Below, piece by piece: positions 13,210-24,772 of a stretch of 64,000 nt of DNA. Below the pieces are notes generated by a model. That model saw only the letters and a program-made list of their open reading frames with translations, was not told the DNA's origin and searched no databases. A program made the translations under genes and the position numbers. Numbering within the stretch: position 1 is the first letter of the stretch; every line of letters begins with the position of its first letter. The stretch is from Dictyostelium discoideum (lineage: Eukaryota): NCBI GenBank assembly GCA_000004695.1, contig CM000152.2, positions 3,232,001-3,296,000 of the forward strand, written 5' to 3'.

Positions 13210-14071
13210 TTTATTTTTTAATTCCATTTTCATAATTTTTCTTGTAATAAGTAGAGATGGAATATGGTAAAGCGATGGCACCAGCACATAAAACAAAGAA
13301 AGTGATCCATTCTTTAATTAAGAGGGAAGTTCTCTTTTCATAATCAGCTTGGCTTTCAACATACATACCACTGTAACTGGCAGCTGATGAAACAGTGAAT
13401 TCACTTGAAGTTTGAGTTTTACGATAATTTAAAACGGTTGAAGTTAATGAATAGATACCAGATTTCTTTGGGATAACAGTTAAATTGGTTTGAACTTGTG
13501 AGTTTGGTGCAAGGGTTTCCCATTTACCTTCTGATGAACCTGAAACAAATTCAAACTCAGCATTTGAAAAATCATTATCAATGAATGAAATATCATAAGC
13601 TGGTCTATAATTATTATTATTTTTATTATTGTTATTATTTGATAAATCGGGAGGGTTAATAATCCTATCCTATAATTATTTTGTGTATTTATTATGGTTT
13701 ATTTCATCTATAGATCATTAAGATTATCCTATATTATTATCATCTATTATCGCTATCATTATCATTATCTATTATTATTTTTCATTTTCATCAAAATGTC
13801 GTCATCATTTATCATTTTTTTATTTTTTTTGGATTGATGGGTCCTTTTATTGTTGTTGTTATTATTTTTAAAAATTAAACTAGATAATCTAGAAACATAC
13901 TCTGAACCAACATTGTAGATAATGAATTGAATTGGTAATTCCTTTCCAACTACTGGACCTTCAACGATCTTTTTGTGGAATAAGAGTTCAGCTCCGTTCT
14001 CACAATAGACGAAACTGACAAATAAAACTAAAAATAATGAAATTACAGTTTTGAAGTTCTATTGTTTTCAT
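13210..14071 (-). CDS. Translocon-associated protein subunit beta (TRAP-beta / SSR2 family)
   Basis: complement(join(13210..13664, 13901..~14070)). Exon 1 encodes a signal peptide plus ...CENGAELLFHKKIVEGPVVGKELPIQFIIYNVGSE|GTATGT. Exon 2 (acceptor gatag|G at 13665) encodes IINPPDLSNNNN...YRPAYDISFIDNDFSNAEFEFVSGSSEGKWETLAPNSQVQTNLTVIPKKSGIYSLTSTVLNY...ASYSGMYVESQADYEKRTSLLIKEWITFFVLCAGAIALPYSISTYYKKNYENGIKK*. This is colinear with human SSR2: YNVGS..., luminal beta-sandwich, single TM, short basic tail. Caveat: the nearest ATG (14069-14071) is out of frame by 1 with the conserved reading frame, so the exact N-terminus or a further 5-prime micro-exon is unresolved. Confidence 0.7.
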
Positions 14072-14335
14072 ATAAGTTTTGATTTTGAATTTTTGAATTT
14101 TTGATGGTTGATCATTTTTTTTTATTTTTATTATTTTTTTTTTTTAAAATTAAAAAACAAAAATAATAATATTAATATAAATATAAATATAAAAATAAAA
14201 TATAAATATATAGTTGAATTTAATTAATTGGAAAAGGGAGAAAAAAAAAATTGTCAAAAATGACCATACATACCATTTTATGCGTGTGTATGTTGTGTGT
14301 GATTGATTAATGAAAAATTCCAATATAAAAAATGA

Positions 14336-14367
<32 letters not shown>

Positions 14368-15015
14368 TGGTGATGTGCTGAAAAAAAAAAAAAAAAATTA
14401 AAAATAAAAAAAAAAATGAAAAAAATTATTTTTTTTTTTTAAGAAAATATTTTGACTTTTTTTTTTTTTATTTAAATCTTTTTCAGTTTTATTTGTTTTT
14501 TTTAATCAAAAATTTTATTTTTGGAATTAAATTAATCATTCATAATAGTTTTTTATTTTGAAGGATAAAAAGAGGGAATATTTTAAATTAATTATAAAAT
14601 AGATATTAAAAAAAACTAGAAAAATTTGATGAATTGGCTTATTTTTTATTTTTTATATTTTAATGTCTTCAATAAATAAAATTAAAAAAAAAATAATAAA
14701 AAAAATAAAATAACAAGATTTAATTAATTATTTTTTTGATTTAAATATTAATAAAAAGTTTAAAATAAAAAAAATAAATAAAAGGTAAAAACTCTTTGTT
14801 CTTCAAAATAAAAAAATAATTACAAAAAATGAATGATAAATAATAAAATTCCAAACAATTATAAAAAAAAAAAAATGATTAATTGACTTTAAAAATTTAA
14901 AAATCATTGGGAAAAAGATGGTGGAATAAAGAAAAAAAAAAAGGATTTTTATTAAATTATTATTTTACAAAAAGAAAAAAAATTTTTTTTATCACCTAGA
15001 GATTTGTTTTATTAT

Positions 15016-15990
15016 TTAAGAATCATTATCATTATTGTTATCATTATTGTTATCGCCACCATTATTTTCATTAACATTAAAATTTGAATTGTTTCTACAG
15101 ATATTTACGTTGTAACTATTATTATTGTTGTTGTTATTATTGTTGTTATTGTTACTAGTTCTATCGATATTTTCATCATCACTATCAATGGTTATTTCGT
15201 TTTCATCATTAAATGGCTGAATTGAACTTGAAGATGATGAATAGGAATAACTATTTGGTGTTACTGTTACTGTAACATTACTATTTCCATCATGTGGTAC
15301 TATGCAATTATCTGGTAACGGATGTTGGGTTTTCTTCCATGGGTCTTCAAGAAATGATGATTTAAAGTAATACTTTTGTTGATTTTGATTTTGATTTTGT
15401 AAAAGTCTATTGTTGTTGTTATTATTAATATTAATATTTCTATTATTTCCATAACCTCTATTATTGTTATTATTAAAATTTCTATTATAATTATAGTTAA
15501 AATTATTATTATTGTTGTTATTGTTGTTATTATTGTTGTTGTTATTATTATTGTTGTTATTATTATTGTTGGTTCCACTTCCAATGTAATGATTATTATT
15601 ATTATTATAATTATAATTGAGATTATTATTGTTGTTGTTGTAATTAAAATTACCATTATAGTTTTGACCATTATAATTATTATTAAAATTATTATTGTTA
15701 TAACCATTGTTGTTATTATAGTTCATATTATAGTTTACACCATTTCTATTTACACTTCTACTGTAACTGTATGAACTACCACTGCCACCACTTCCACCAG
15801 TACTATTCATATTTAGATTATAATTGTTATTGTTGTTATTGTTGTTATTATTGTTATTATTATTATAACGACCATTATTATTATTGTTGGTATTATTATT
15901 CCTTCCATTATTATTATTATTGTTTTCGTTGTTATAATCTCTAATATATGGGTGGTAATTACTACCATTAACATTAATATTTGTATTCAT
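15016..15990 (-). CDS. Poly-N/Y/G low-complexity protein (hypothetical)
   Basis: Single 324-aa ORF, MNTNINVNGSNYHPYIRDYNNENN... More complex segments include STGGSGGSGSSYSYSRSVNRNGVNY and a C-terminal ...LEDPWKKTQHPLPDNCIVPHDGNSNVTVTVTPNSYSYSSSSSSIQPFNDENEITIDSDDENIDRTSNNN. Codon usage is typical of coding N-runs (AAT/AAC mixed), unlike the pure (AAT)n intergenic satellites. Confidence 0.5.
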   Translation of the reverse strand: MNTNINVNGSNYHPYIRDYNNENNNNNNGRNNNTNNNNNGRYNNNNNNNNNNNNNNYNLNMNSTGGSGGSGSSYSYSRSVNRNGVNYNMNYNNNNGYNNNNFNNNYNGQNYNGNFNYNNNNNNLNYNYNNNNNHYIGSGTNNNNNNNNNNNNNNNNNNNNNNNFNYNYNRNFNNNNNRGYGNNRNININNNNNNRLLQNQNQNQQKYYFKSSFLEDPWKKTQHPLPDNCIVPHDGNSNVTVTVTPNSYSYSSSSSSIQPFNDENEITIDSDDENIDRTSNNNNNNNNNNNNSYNVNICRNNSNFNVNENNGGDNNNDNNNDNDS

Positions 15991-16422
15991 TGTGACTGTA
16001 TATTAAATTTTGTATGAGTTTGTTTTTTGTGTGTGTGAGAAAAATAAAAACAATAAAAAAAAAAAATAAAAAAAAAAAATATAAAAAAAAAAATAAAAAA
16101 AATATAAAAAAAAATAGGAAATTAAATTAAAAAAAAATAGGGAATTTAATTAAAAAAAAATAAAATTTATAAATATTATAAAAAAATAAAAATATAATTA
16201 TAATAATAAAAAAAAACTTTTTTGAATTAAATTTAAATTAAATTTGTTTTATTTTTATTTGAAAATTCAATTATTTTGAAAATAAAAAAAAAATAATAAA
16301 ATAAAAAATAAAAAAAAGGTAATAATTGAAGCATTGTTGTTGTTGTTGTTGTTTACTTTTTTTTTATTTTTAATTTATATTTTTATTTTTTATTTTTTTA
16401 TTTTTTATTTTTTTTTTTTTTC

Positions 16423-16735
16423 TTAAATTTTTCTTTCAGTAATTGGTCTATTTTTGAGATATTCTGCTACACCTTTATTAGATTCGAAATGTTCTTTCAA
16501 AGAATCTAAATGTGGGAACTTACCATTGTATAAGAGATCAGCAGCAAATGGTAAAACATAACCAATGTATTCATAAGCAACATAAACATATAAATCAGCC
16601 AAAGTGTAAGAATTACCACCTGCAAGATATTTCTTTTCACCTAAAATTTGATTCCATTTTGCGAAAAATCTTGGTATAATAATTTCTTGGATTTTTTCTT
16701 TTTCTTCAACCTAATAATTATTTTTAAAAATATTA

Positions 16736-16789
<54 letters not shown>

Positions 16790-17124
16790 ATACATACACC
16801 TCTGAATACTCTAATGATAAAAGTAAAAACATCAATATTGACAGCAGCGAGTGTTTCATCGACCAAAGCTTTTTCTTCTGGAGTTTTACCAACGAAATCA
16901 TGTTGAGATGCAATATATTTTGAAATTGCCATTGATTGTACTAATTTGAAACCATTGCTATCTGTATATAATGGAAGTTGTCCATATTTAAGATCATCAA
17001 TAATATTTTCATCAATTTTATCAATATAGTTATTATCATAGTCAATTGAAAGATATGATAATAAAACACGTGGGAATTGACCTAATGCTCTAACTTTAAA
17101 ATATGATAATTGTGGTTTTGTCAT
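16423..17124 (-). CDS. Glutathione S-transferase (sigma/alpha-class-like, about 204 aa)
   Basis: complement(join(16423..16710, 16798..17124)). Exon 1 is MTKPQLSYFKVRALGQFPRVLLSYLSIDYDNNYIDKIDENIIDDLKYGQLPLYTDSNGFKLVQSMAISKYIASQHDFVGKTPEEKALVDETLAAVNIDVFTFIIRVFRG|GTATGT. The 87-nt intron contains a 50-nt poly-T. Exon 2 (acceptor ttattag|) is VEEKEKIQEIIIPRFFAKWNQILGEKKYLAGGNSYTLADLYVYVAYEYIGYVLPFAADLLYNGKFPHLDSLKEHFESNKGVAEYLKNRPITERKI*. This is a GST N-terminal thioredoxin fold (SMAI.KYIA) plus a C-terminal helical domain. Confidence 0.8.
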
Positions 17125-17761
17125 TTTTGATTTGTTTTTATTAATATAAATAGAAATATTATTGATTATTGGAAATATTTTTTTTTTTTTTCAAAATATT
17201 GATTAAAAATTGATTTAAGAATAAAAAATAAAAAAAAAATAAAAAATTTTAACTTTAAATTAAAAAAAAAATAAAAAATTTAATAATAAAAAAAAAAAAA
17301 TAAAAAATTAAAATATTTTTAGATATTTTTTTTTGGAAGTGTGTGCTTCTAGAAGATTTAAAATTTAATTAGATAATAATTATTTTTCAATTTTCAATTT
17401 GCAAAAATAGAATCATAATCATATGATGAAGCTTCATTAAAATATTTGTTTTTTTTTTTTAAAAAACTTTATTTAAAATAACTATGTAAATCCAAAATTT
17501 CCCATAAAAGGAGATCATTAATTTTTAAAAATATTGAAACTACAAAAAAAAAAAAATTTATTTTTACTATATATAAATAATTTTGTAATTACAAAATATA
17601 GTTCAAATTTGACTGGATTTTATAGTATATAAAAAAAAAAAATATATTCTAAAAATATTTAACAAAAATTAAATCAAAAACTCATTTTCTTTTATTATTA
17701 TTATTTATTTTATTTTATTTTATTTTATTTTATTTTTTTATTATTATTTTTTTTATTATTA

Positions 17762-19911
17762 TTATTGTTGTTTTAAAGTTTCCATATAAGTATAGAAAGC
17801 AAATTCATTACTATTGAGACCATATTTATAAACGAAACGACTTGCTAAATAAGAACCAAAGATAGCTTTAACGTATGGTTCTGGTACACGTTCCATAATT
17901 TTATCAACACCTAAAAGATTTAATAAAACCTTTGGACAAGCAGCAGAGATGATTTTACGTCTGAGTGATTGATCAGTCCAAAGGGAAGAGGTTTGAATTG
18001 AATCATTGAGTGAATTGATTTTATTTGATAAGAGATCGGAAAGGATTGAACGTGGAGTTTTAGTTGATTCATGTTCACTCCAAATACATTCAAACTCTAA
18101 ACGAGCATTTGATTCAATGGTATGATGAACGTCTTTAATGTAATTTTCATAAAACTCTGGTACTACATTATCCTTGACACACATATGTCTATCGAATTCT
18201 TCATCATTCAAAGCCAAAGCGGCCAAGACCTCCAAAGAGGAAGAAGTGACACCACCTTTATTGGCAGAGGCATCCTTAAAGATGATAGCACCCTTCTCTT
18301 CGATCATTAATCTTGCCTTTTGAGTAAAGAATAAATTAGCACCTTCAACGATGATTGGGAAACGAGATTCACCGGTTGCAGTGAACATTTTATCGACATT
18401 TGTCAATTGTACAGATTCTGGTCTACCACCGCATGGTACAAAGATATCGGCATTACATAATGGATTGAGATGGAAGTTATTTCTAAAGATGAGACCACTT
18501 TCGACAATGTCACCATTTGGTAATTTTACATCATTCTCTGCAACATCAACAAAGAAACCTTGTGGAGAGAGTTTTGATTTATCAAAGTAACGAGCCATTT
18601 GACGTTTACTAGCGAGACGACCAATCTCATCACGATTGAGACCTTGTGGATCCAAGAGTACACCGGAACCATCGACGATACCAATGGTTTTATCTTTGGA
18701 GATTTTAATTTCATTTGAACCTAAATCACCATCTGGACCACCAGTTTGGAATTTTGTGCAATCGGCTTCGTTTCTACCCAATTTAGCGAGTGTACCAAGA
18801 ACGTATTGATGAATGGATCTAGTGGTCATACCATAGAGATCATGAGGAATACCACCTCTACTTAATGATTTACCAGTGGTAAAGGCTTTCCAGAAATGTG
18901 CACCACGATCTTTAGCGTGACTTGAAGCCCAATTCATGAAATCGGCAGTACCCTCATCTGGACCGAGGAAGAGGATCTCTGGTTTGGCAAAGTGATCGAC
19001 AATCTCGTGATTTGGTAATAAAAGATCCAATAAACCATCGATATATTTATGGAAAGCAACTTCAGCTTTACTTTGATGATCGGCAGACAAGAGAATAGTA
19101 CCCTTTGAACCACCTTCAGCAATATCCTTATTCTTTGATTGTTGAGTATTGGCTAAATTGTAATTCTCATCAAACAATGATGAAGAGTTATGATCGTATT
19201 GAGTGGAATTACCAGATCTAATGATACGAATACCACCACGAGAAATATCACGGAAACGAATATGGAAACCACGGAATTCAGAACCAACAACAAAGAAAAC
19301 TGCGTATGGTGTTGAAACGTATTCTTTAGTTGAGAGGAAACCTGGATCCAAACGGAATGATAAAGCTGTTTTAGTTTGTTTATAGAAATTTGTCTTTAAT
19401 AAATGACGATTGAATGATAAAATTGCTGAAAAGATTTGACTATCCAATTCATTATTTACTGTCTTTTTAATTGATGCTAAAATCTCTGAACCATGTTGAA
19501 CATCATATTTTTGTGTATTATTACTGTTGCTACCACTGAAATGGAACTTTTCAAAGTCTTGATATAAAATTTTAATCAATTCTGGATATTGTAAAACTGC
19601 ATCTCTAACACGACCTTCTGTGAATGTATCCTTACTTAAACGAGTCTTTAATTGTGCTAACATTGATTGTTTGGTTGAATCATCACCAATTGCTGCTGCC
19701 AATGCTGAATACTCTGTAGCATATCTATTCAAAAATTGATAAGCAAATTTCCAACAAACATATGCATATGTAACTTCTGGGAATGATAATTGATGTGATA
19801 AAAATAATGGTGTTAATGATGTTCTTGGTAAAACATAAACTAATGATGCCTAAAAAAATAAAAATAAAAAAAATTAAAAAATAATTAGTTACTAATTAAT
19901 TAAATAATAAT

Positions 19912-19978
<67 letters not shown>

Positions 19979-21025
19979 CTTACTTGTTCAGCAATTTTTG
20001 AAATTTTAGTATTAATATCAACATCTGGATGTAATGGACGTAAATAAATTGAATAAATTGTAATACCATTTGAGAATTGTTCAACATATTTATGAGTTGC
20101 ATACATTTGATGAAAATGGTAGAGTTCACCAATTGCAGACCAATAGGAGTGAGTTGAACCACGACGATAGGCAATGACTAAACGAGCACCATTGGTTTGA
20201 TATGGATAATGTTTAATGACTGGACCTTGTTTACCAACAGACTTCATTCATAACTTCTTGATAGATCTTTTTGGTGAGTTCAGATGATTTCTCAATGAAT
20301 GAGATATCACCAATTTTGAAGAGATCAGTCTCGGTGGCGAGTATTTCATCGTTTTTACTTGCAGAGAGGTCATTGGTTGCTTGTGGGAATACTGGTTTTG
20401 TCAAGTAGTAAAGACGGAGATGAACTGGCGATGAATTCGATACTGTACCAGTGGTACGATAACATGCCAAACGGAAACCGTGTGGTGGTAAGTTGGTGCC
20501 AGTTGGAGGCTTTGGTGAGACTGGGAATGGAGCAACGGCAACTTGTTGTGGACTTAATAATTGTTGGTCTTGGTGGTATCCTTCGCCAAAGTAGTGTGAT
20601 TCAATTGCGTGTTCAATCATCATTGCTGGTGAATCTCTTTTACCTGGGTTCGATGGGGTGATGAATGTGGCACTACCCTCGTTCTTGCTGTGAAGATGTA
20701 CTTCCAATTTGGCACCAGTTGCATGTGATACCATCTTTGCTGCATATAATGAAAGGATGTGACGTGCAATCACAATTGATGGTGTACTATCGAAATAGTT
20801 GCTATCAAGTCCTAACTTACAGTAGAACCAATCAACCTCTGGTTCAACTCTTGAACTTTCAATTAAACGTTCAGACTTTAATAAACTTTTAACTTCAACA
20901 GCTTGTTCTTTATATGGATTTGACTCTAATAAATTTGCTAATGCATCACCATCTTCTTTAGTGAAATATTGAGTCTTTGGTTGAGCTGCAATCTCTTGTG
21001 AAATTGTTAAATTTTGGTTTAACAT
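17762..21025 (-). CDS. glud2: NAD-specific glutamate dehydrogenase, large (about 1040 aa, GDH2-type)
   Basis: complement(join(17762..19849, 19984..21025)). ORF 17762..19732 holds the GDH catalytic core: FHIRFRDISRGGIRI, NKDIAEGGSKG, FQTGGPDGDLGSNE, FVPCGGRPESV, IVEGANLFFTQKARLMIEEKGAIIFKDASANKGGVTSSSLEVLA. It is colinear with yeast Gdh2 and Neurospora NAD-GDH. The upstream exon (ORFs 19900..20247 and 20231..21025) gives the MLNQNLTISQEIAAQ...EVDWFYCKLGLDSNYF...GPVIKHYPYQTNGARLVIAYRRG... N-terminal region. Intron 19850..19983 (GTAAGT ... 50-nt poly-T ... ttttttag). Problem: the two upstream ORFs are in different frames and overlap at 20231-20247 (...YQEVMNEVCW* versus MKSVGKQGPVIK...). This implies a 1-nt excess in an otherwise GC-rich, conserved exon. 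Confidence 0.85.
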
Positions 21026-21854
21026 TCTTTTTCTTTTTTTTTTTTTTTTTTTAATATATATATATTTCTAATAATAATAAATAAATAAAATAAATAAGAG
21101 AATGAAAAAAAAAGAAAAGAAAAAAGAAAAAAAGAAATAAAAAGTTTTATTAATACAAGATTTGTATTTGTTTTTTTAAAAAATAAAAAAATAAAAAAAA
21201 AATAAAAAAATTAAAAATTAAAAAATTTTGTGTGTGGGAAATCAAAAAACATATCGTTTTTGTTTATTATTTTTTTTATTTTTATAAATTGGATACTTAC
21301 ATATATTGGGGGAGGTGTGTGCTTTTTTTTTTTAAAAATAAATAATGAATAAATTTAGAAATAATAAAATTTAAAAATAAATAAATAACTATTATATATA
21401 TGAATTATATAATTTAACAAATAAAAAAAAAAATAATAATAGAAAAAAAAATTAAAAAAAATAAATAATAATAATAAATAAATAAATAAATAAAAAAAAA
21501 AAAAATAGTAATAATAATAATAATAATAATGAAAAAAAAAAAAAGAAAAATTTTTTTTTTTTTTTTTTTGACTCACAACAACAAATTTGAAATTTCGTTC
21601 AATTAATAAAATTAAAAAATTAAAAAAAATAATTTTTTTTTTTTTTTTAAAAAATAAATCCGTTATCGAATATTTACCAGTTTTTCGAGGCTTGCTACAA
21701 AATATTCCTTTGGGACTCACGGGAAAAATATTTTTTTTTTTTCGCCGAAGTTAAGGTGGTGTGATTCTTGAAGGGTCGCCAAAATTTTTTTTTTTTTTAT
21801 TTTTTTTTAATTTTTTTTGGTTTTGATTAGTTTGATTAACAGTCAAGGTTTTAC

Positions 21855-21885
<31 letters not shown>

Positions 21886-22322
21886 ACATAAATACAAAAA
21901 AATGAAAAAAAAAAAAATTTTGGTTTAAAACTTAAAGGGTATTATTGTTTTTTTTTTTTTTTTTTTTTTTTCAAAACAATGAATTAAAATTTTAAATAAA
22001 AAAAAAAATAAATAAATTTTATTTTATTTTTATTTATTTATTTATTTAATTGATTACCTGTAAATATTTTAAGTAGCTGAACAACAAAGAAATTTGATAT
22101 TTAACCAGGATTTTAATTTTTTTTTTTTTTTTTTTTAATGTTTTTTTTATTTTTTATTTTTTTTTTTTTGACTAATTTCAATCAGATAATAAATTTAAAA
22201 CATATCAATAAATATTTGAATCAAGAAAGAAAAAAAAAAAAACTAATAAAATAAAAAAAGATATTAACTGGAATGCCAAATGAAACCAATGGTTGTTTCT
22301 GGAAAAAAAAAAATTAATAATA

Positions 22323-22357
<35 letters not shown>

Positions 22358-22508
22358 AAAATATTTTTTTTTTTCAATTTTTTTTTTTTTTTTTCAATTT
22401 TTTTTTAATTTTTTTTATTTTTTTATTTTTTATTTTTTAATATTTTTTGTACTACTATTATTATTAATTTTTTTTTTTATTTTAAAAAAAAGAAACGATA
22501 ATAATAAT

Positions 22509-23234
22509 ATGGATCAAAGAGATAGTAGATCTCCATCTCGTTCACCAGGTGACGATAATAAAAAAGATATAGATAGTAAAAATAATGGTGGTGCTGTAAA
22601 TAACAACTCAAATGGCAGCAATACTAATAATGGTAATTCAGCAACAAATGCTAACAATGATATAGTTATGAAGGATGAAAGTAATAGTAATAACAATAAT
22701 AATAATAATAGTAATACCAGTAACAATGGTACAAATAGTAATAATAATAGTAATAACAACAATAATAATAATCGTGATAATAGTAGATCACCTTCACCAA
22801 GAGGTAGAAGAGGTGACTCTAAAGAACGTTCAAAGAGTAGAGATAGAAACGATAGAGATAGAGATAGGAGTAGAGATAGAAACGACAGAGATAGAGATAG
22901 ACATGATAGAGATAGAAGTAGAGATAGATATGATAGACATGACAGAAGCAGAGAAAGAAATAGAAGTAGAACACGTTCAAGATCTGGTTCAAGAAGAAGA
23001 AAGTCTATCGATTTTAGCTTATTAGCTGAAAGAAGAGTTTATGTAGGTCGTATCTCAAATAAAACTACAAGAGAATCTCTAGAAGATTCTTTCCTTAAAT
23101 TTGGTAAAGTTCTATCGTGTGATGTTAAAAATGGTTATGCTTTTGTTGTATGTATTAAAAAAATAAAAAAAAATAAAAAATAAAATAAAAAATAAAATAA
23201 TAATAATAATATTGTTTAATTAAAAATTACTAAC

Positions 23235-23278
<44 letters not shown>

Positions 23279-23741
23279 AAATTATTCAACAGGAATTTGA
23301 TAATGAAAAGAGTGCAAGAGATGCCATTGAAGAAATGCACGATTCAATTGTTGACGGTGAAAAGATTCTTGTAGAGAAATCACACAGTGGTAAAAAACAT
23401 CCAGATGAATGTTTCATTTGCAGAGGTCGTGGCCATTGGGCTCGTAGTTGTCCAAAAGGTGGAAGGTATGTAATTTTATTCTCTCATAAATTTTTCCGGG
23501 TTTTTTTTTTTATTTTTTTTTATTTTTTTTTTTTTTTTTTCAATTTTGGGGAATTTTTATTTTTAGAGGAATCAATAACTTTTTGTTTTTTATTTTGTTT
23601 GGACCAAATAATTGGCATCTCAATAAATAATAAGTAATAAATAATAATAAATAATAAATAATAAATAATAAATAATAAATAATAAATAATAATAAATATA
23701 AATAATAATAGTAATAATAGTAATAATAATAATAATAATAA

Positions 23742-23789
<48 letters not shown>

Positions 23790-24772
23790 TTCCAAATATG
23801 CGCATGCCATCAGTACATTGGATACCAGAAAGAAAAATGGGCATAATCAGTAATTGCAATTTGTGAATATTTCTTGGAGCCAGTAACCAGTTTTGGCAGT
23901 AGTGTTGGAAGTAAGGCGTGACCTTGATGTGACACAGTTCCACTACGTTAGATAGCCATCGGTATCTGTTTGTTTTGTTTTTGTTTTTGATTGTGCCGAG
24001 TCTCGGGGTTGCCACAAGAGTTGTGTTGTGCGGCGGCGATGATGTTGTAATGTTGTAATATTGAAGAGTGGTAAAAGGGGTGAATTTGTGGTATGACGAC
24101 GACGATAATAGCATTGGATGACGACGATGATAATAGCTACAATGATGACGATGAGCAATGCAGCGGCTATGTATGTGATTATTTGTTGTTGCCATTCCCC
24201 CCAAAGTACAGGATATGTTCCTCCTCTCCCCAAATTTGTTTTAGAATAACGGTAAATACGATCACACCTCACAAATACTAATATCTCTTTCTTTCAAACT
24301 TTTTTTTTTTTATTATTTTGTATTTTTTTTTTTTAAATAATAAAGAGGTAGAGATGGTAGAGATAGAGATTATAGAGATAATAGAGACAGAGATAGGGAT
24401 AGAGAAAGAGAAAGAGAAGGTCATTTAAGAAACAGAACTTGTTTCACATGCAATGGTGTTGGTCACATTGCAAAGGATTGTCCAAAATCAAACAGACGTT
24501 ACAATCCATACAACAACAATAACAACAATAACAATGGTAGAAATAGAGATAGAAGTTATTCTCGTTCAAGATCAAGATCACCAAGATACAGAAGCAATGG
24601 TGGAAACAGATATAGAGATAGAAGTAGAGATAGAAGTAGAGATAGAAGTGGTGATAGAAGAGGTGGAAGTGACAGAAGAAGTGGTAGAGATAGAAGTACC
24701 GAAAGAAGAAGAGAAAGAAGTAAATCAAATGAAAGAAGAAGAGAAAGAGAAGGTAACAATAGTCCACGTTAA
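22509..24772 (+). CDS. SR-family splicing factor: RS-rich N-terminal region, one RRM, two CCHC zinc knuckles and an RS/RD tail (SRSF7/9G8-like architecture)
   Basis: join(22509..23147, 23293..23465, 24346..24772), about 412 aa. Exon 1 is MDQRDSRSPSRSP...RDRSRDRNDRDRDR...RRVYVGRISNKTTRESLEDSFLKFGKVLSCDVKNGYAFV|GTATGT (RNP2 VYVGRI; RNP1 GYAFVEF is completed by exon 2, EFDNEKSARDAIEEMHDSIVDGEKILVEKS). The first knuckle is CFICRGRGHWARSCPKGG, ending AG|GTATGT (phase 2). Exon 3 (aataaag|) is RGRDGRDRDYRDNRDRDRDREREREGHLRNRTCFTCNGVGHIAKDCPK...RSYSRSRSRSPRYRS...RDRSRDRSRDRSGDRR...NNSPR*. Phases match across both introns. Intron 2 is unusually long for this genome (880 nt). Confidence 0.75.
23790..24300. 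other. GC-richer (about 45% GC) complex island inside the 880-nt second intron of the SR-protein gene
   Basis: For example ...gcgcatgccatcagtacattggataccagaaag...ggcgtgaccttgatgtgacacagttccactacgttagatagccatcggtatctg...ccgagtctcggggttgccacaagag...gcggcggcgatgatg... It is flanked by typical AT-rich intron sequence and (AATAATAAAT)n at 23640-23690. It has no convincing ORF on either strand (the 23620..24204 and 23943..24272 ORFs have no coding character). It contains acceptor-like catcag|T (23812) and donor-like GGAA|GTAAGG (23910) sites. Confidence 0.4.

Noticed and set aside
22514-23025. ORFs 22514..22762 (minus) and 22675..23025 (plus) over the SR-gene RS domain
   Set aside because: These are repeat-driven alternative frames of the RD/RS-encoding AGAGATAGA repeats. 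The +1 frame that is in phase with the RRM is the real one.
23620-24281. ORFs 23620..24204, 23943..24272 (minus) and 24093..24281 (plus) inside SR-gene intron 2
   Set aside because: They are open only because the island is GC-richer, so stops are rarer. They are His/Arg-rich nonsense with no codon-usage signal. I interpreted the block as non-coding intronic sequence instead (see finding).
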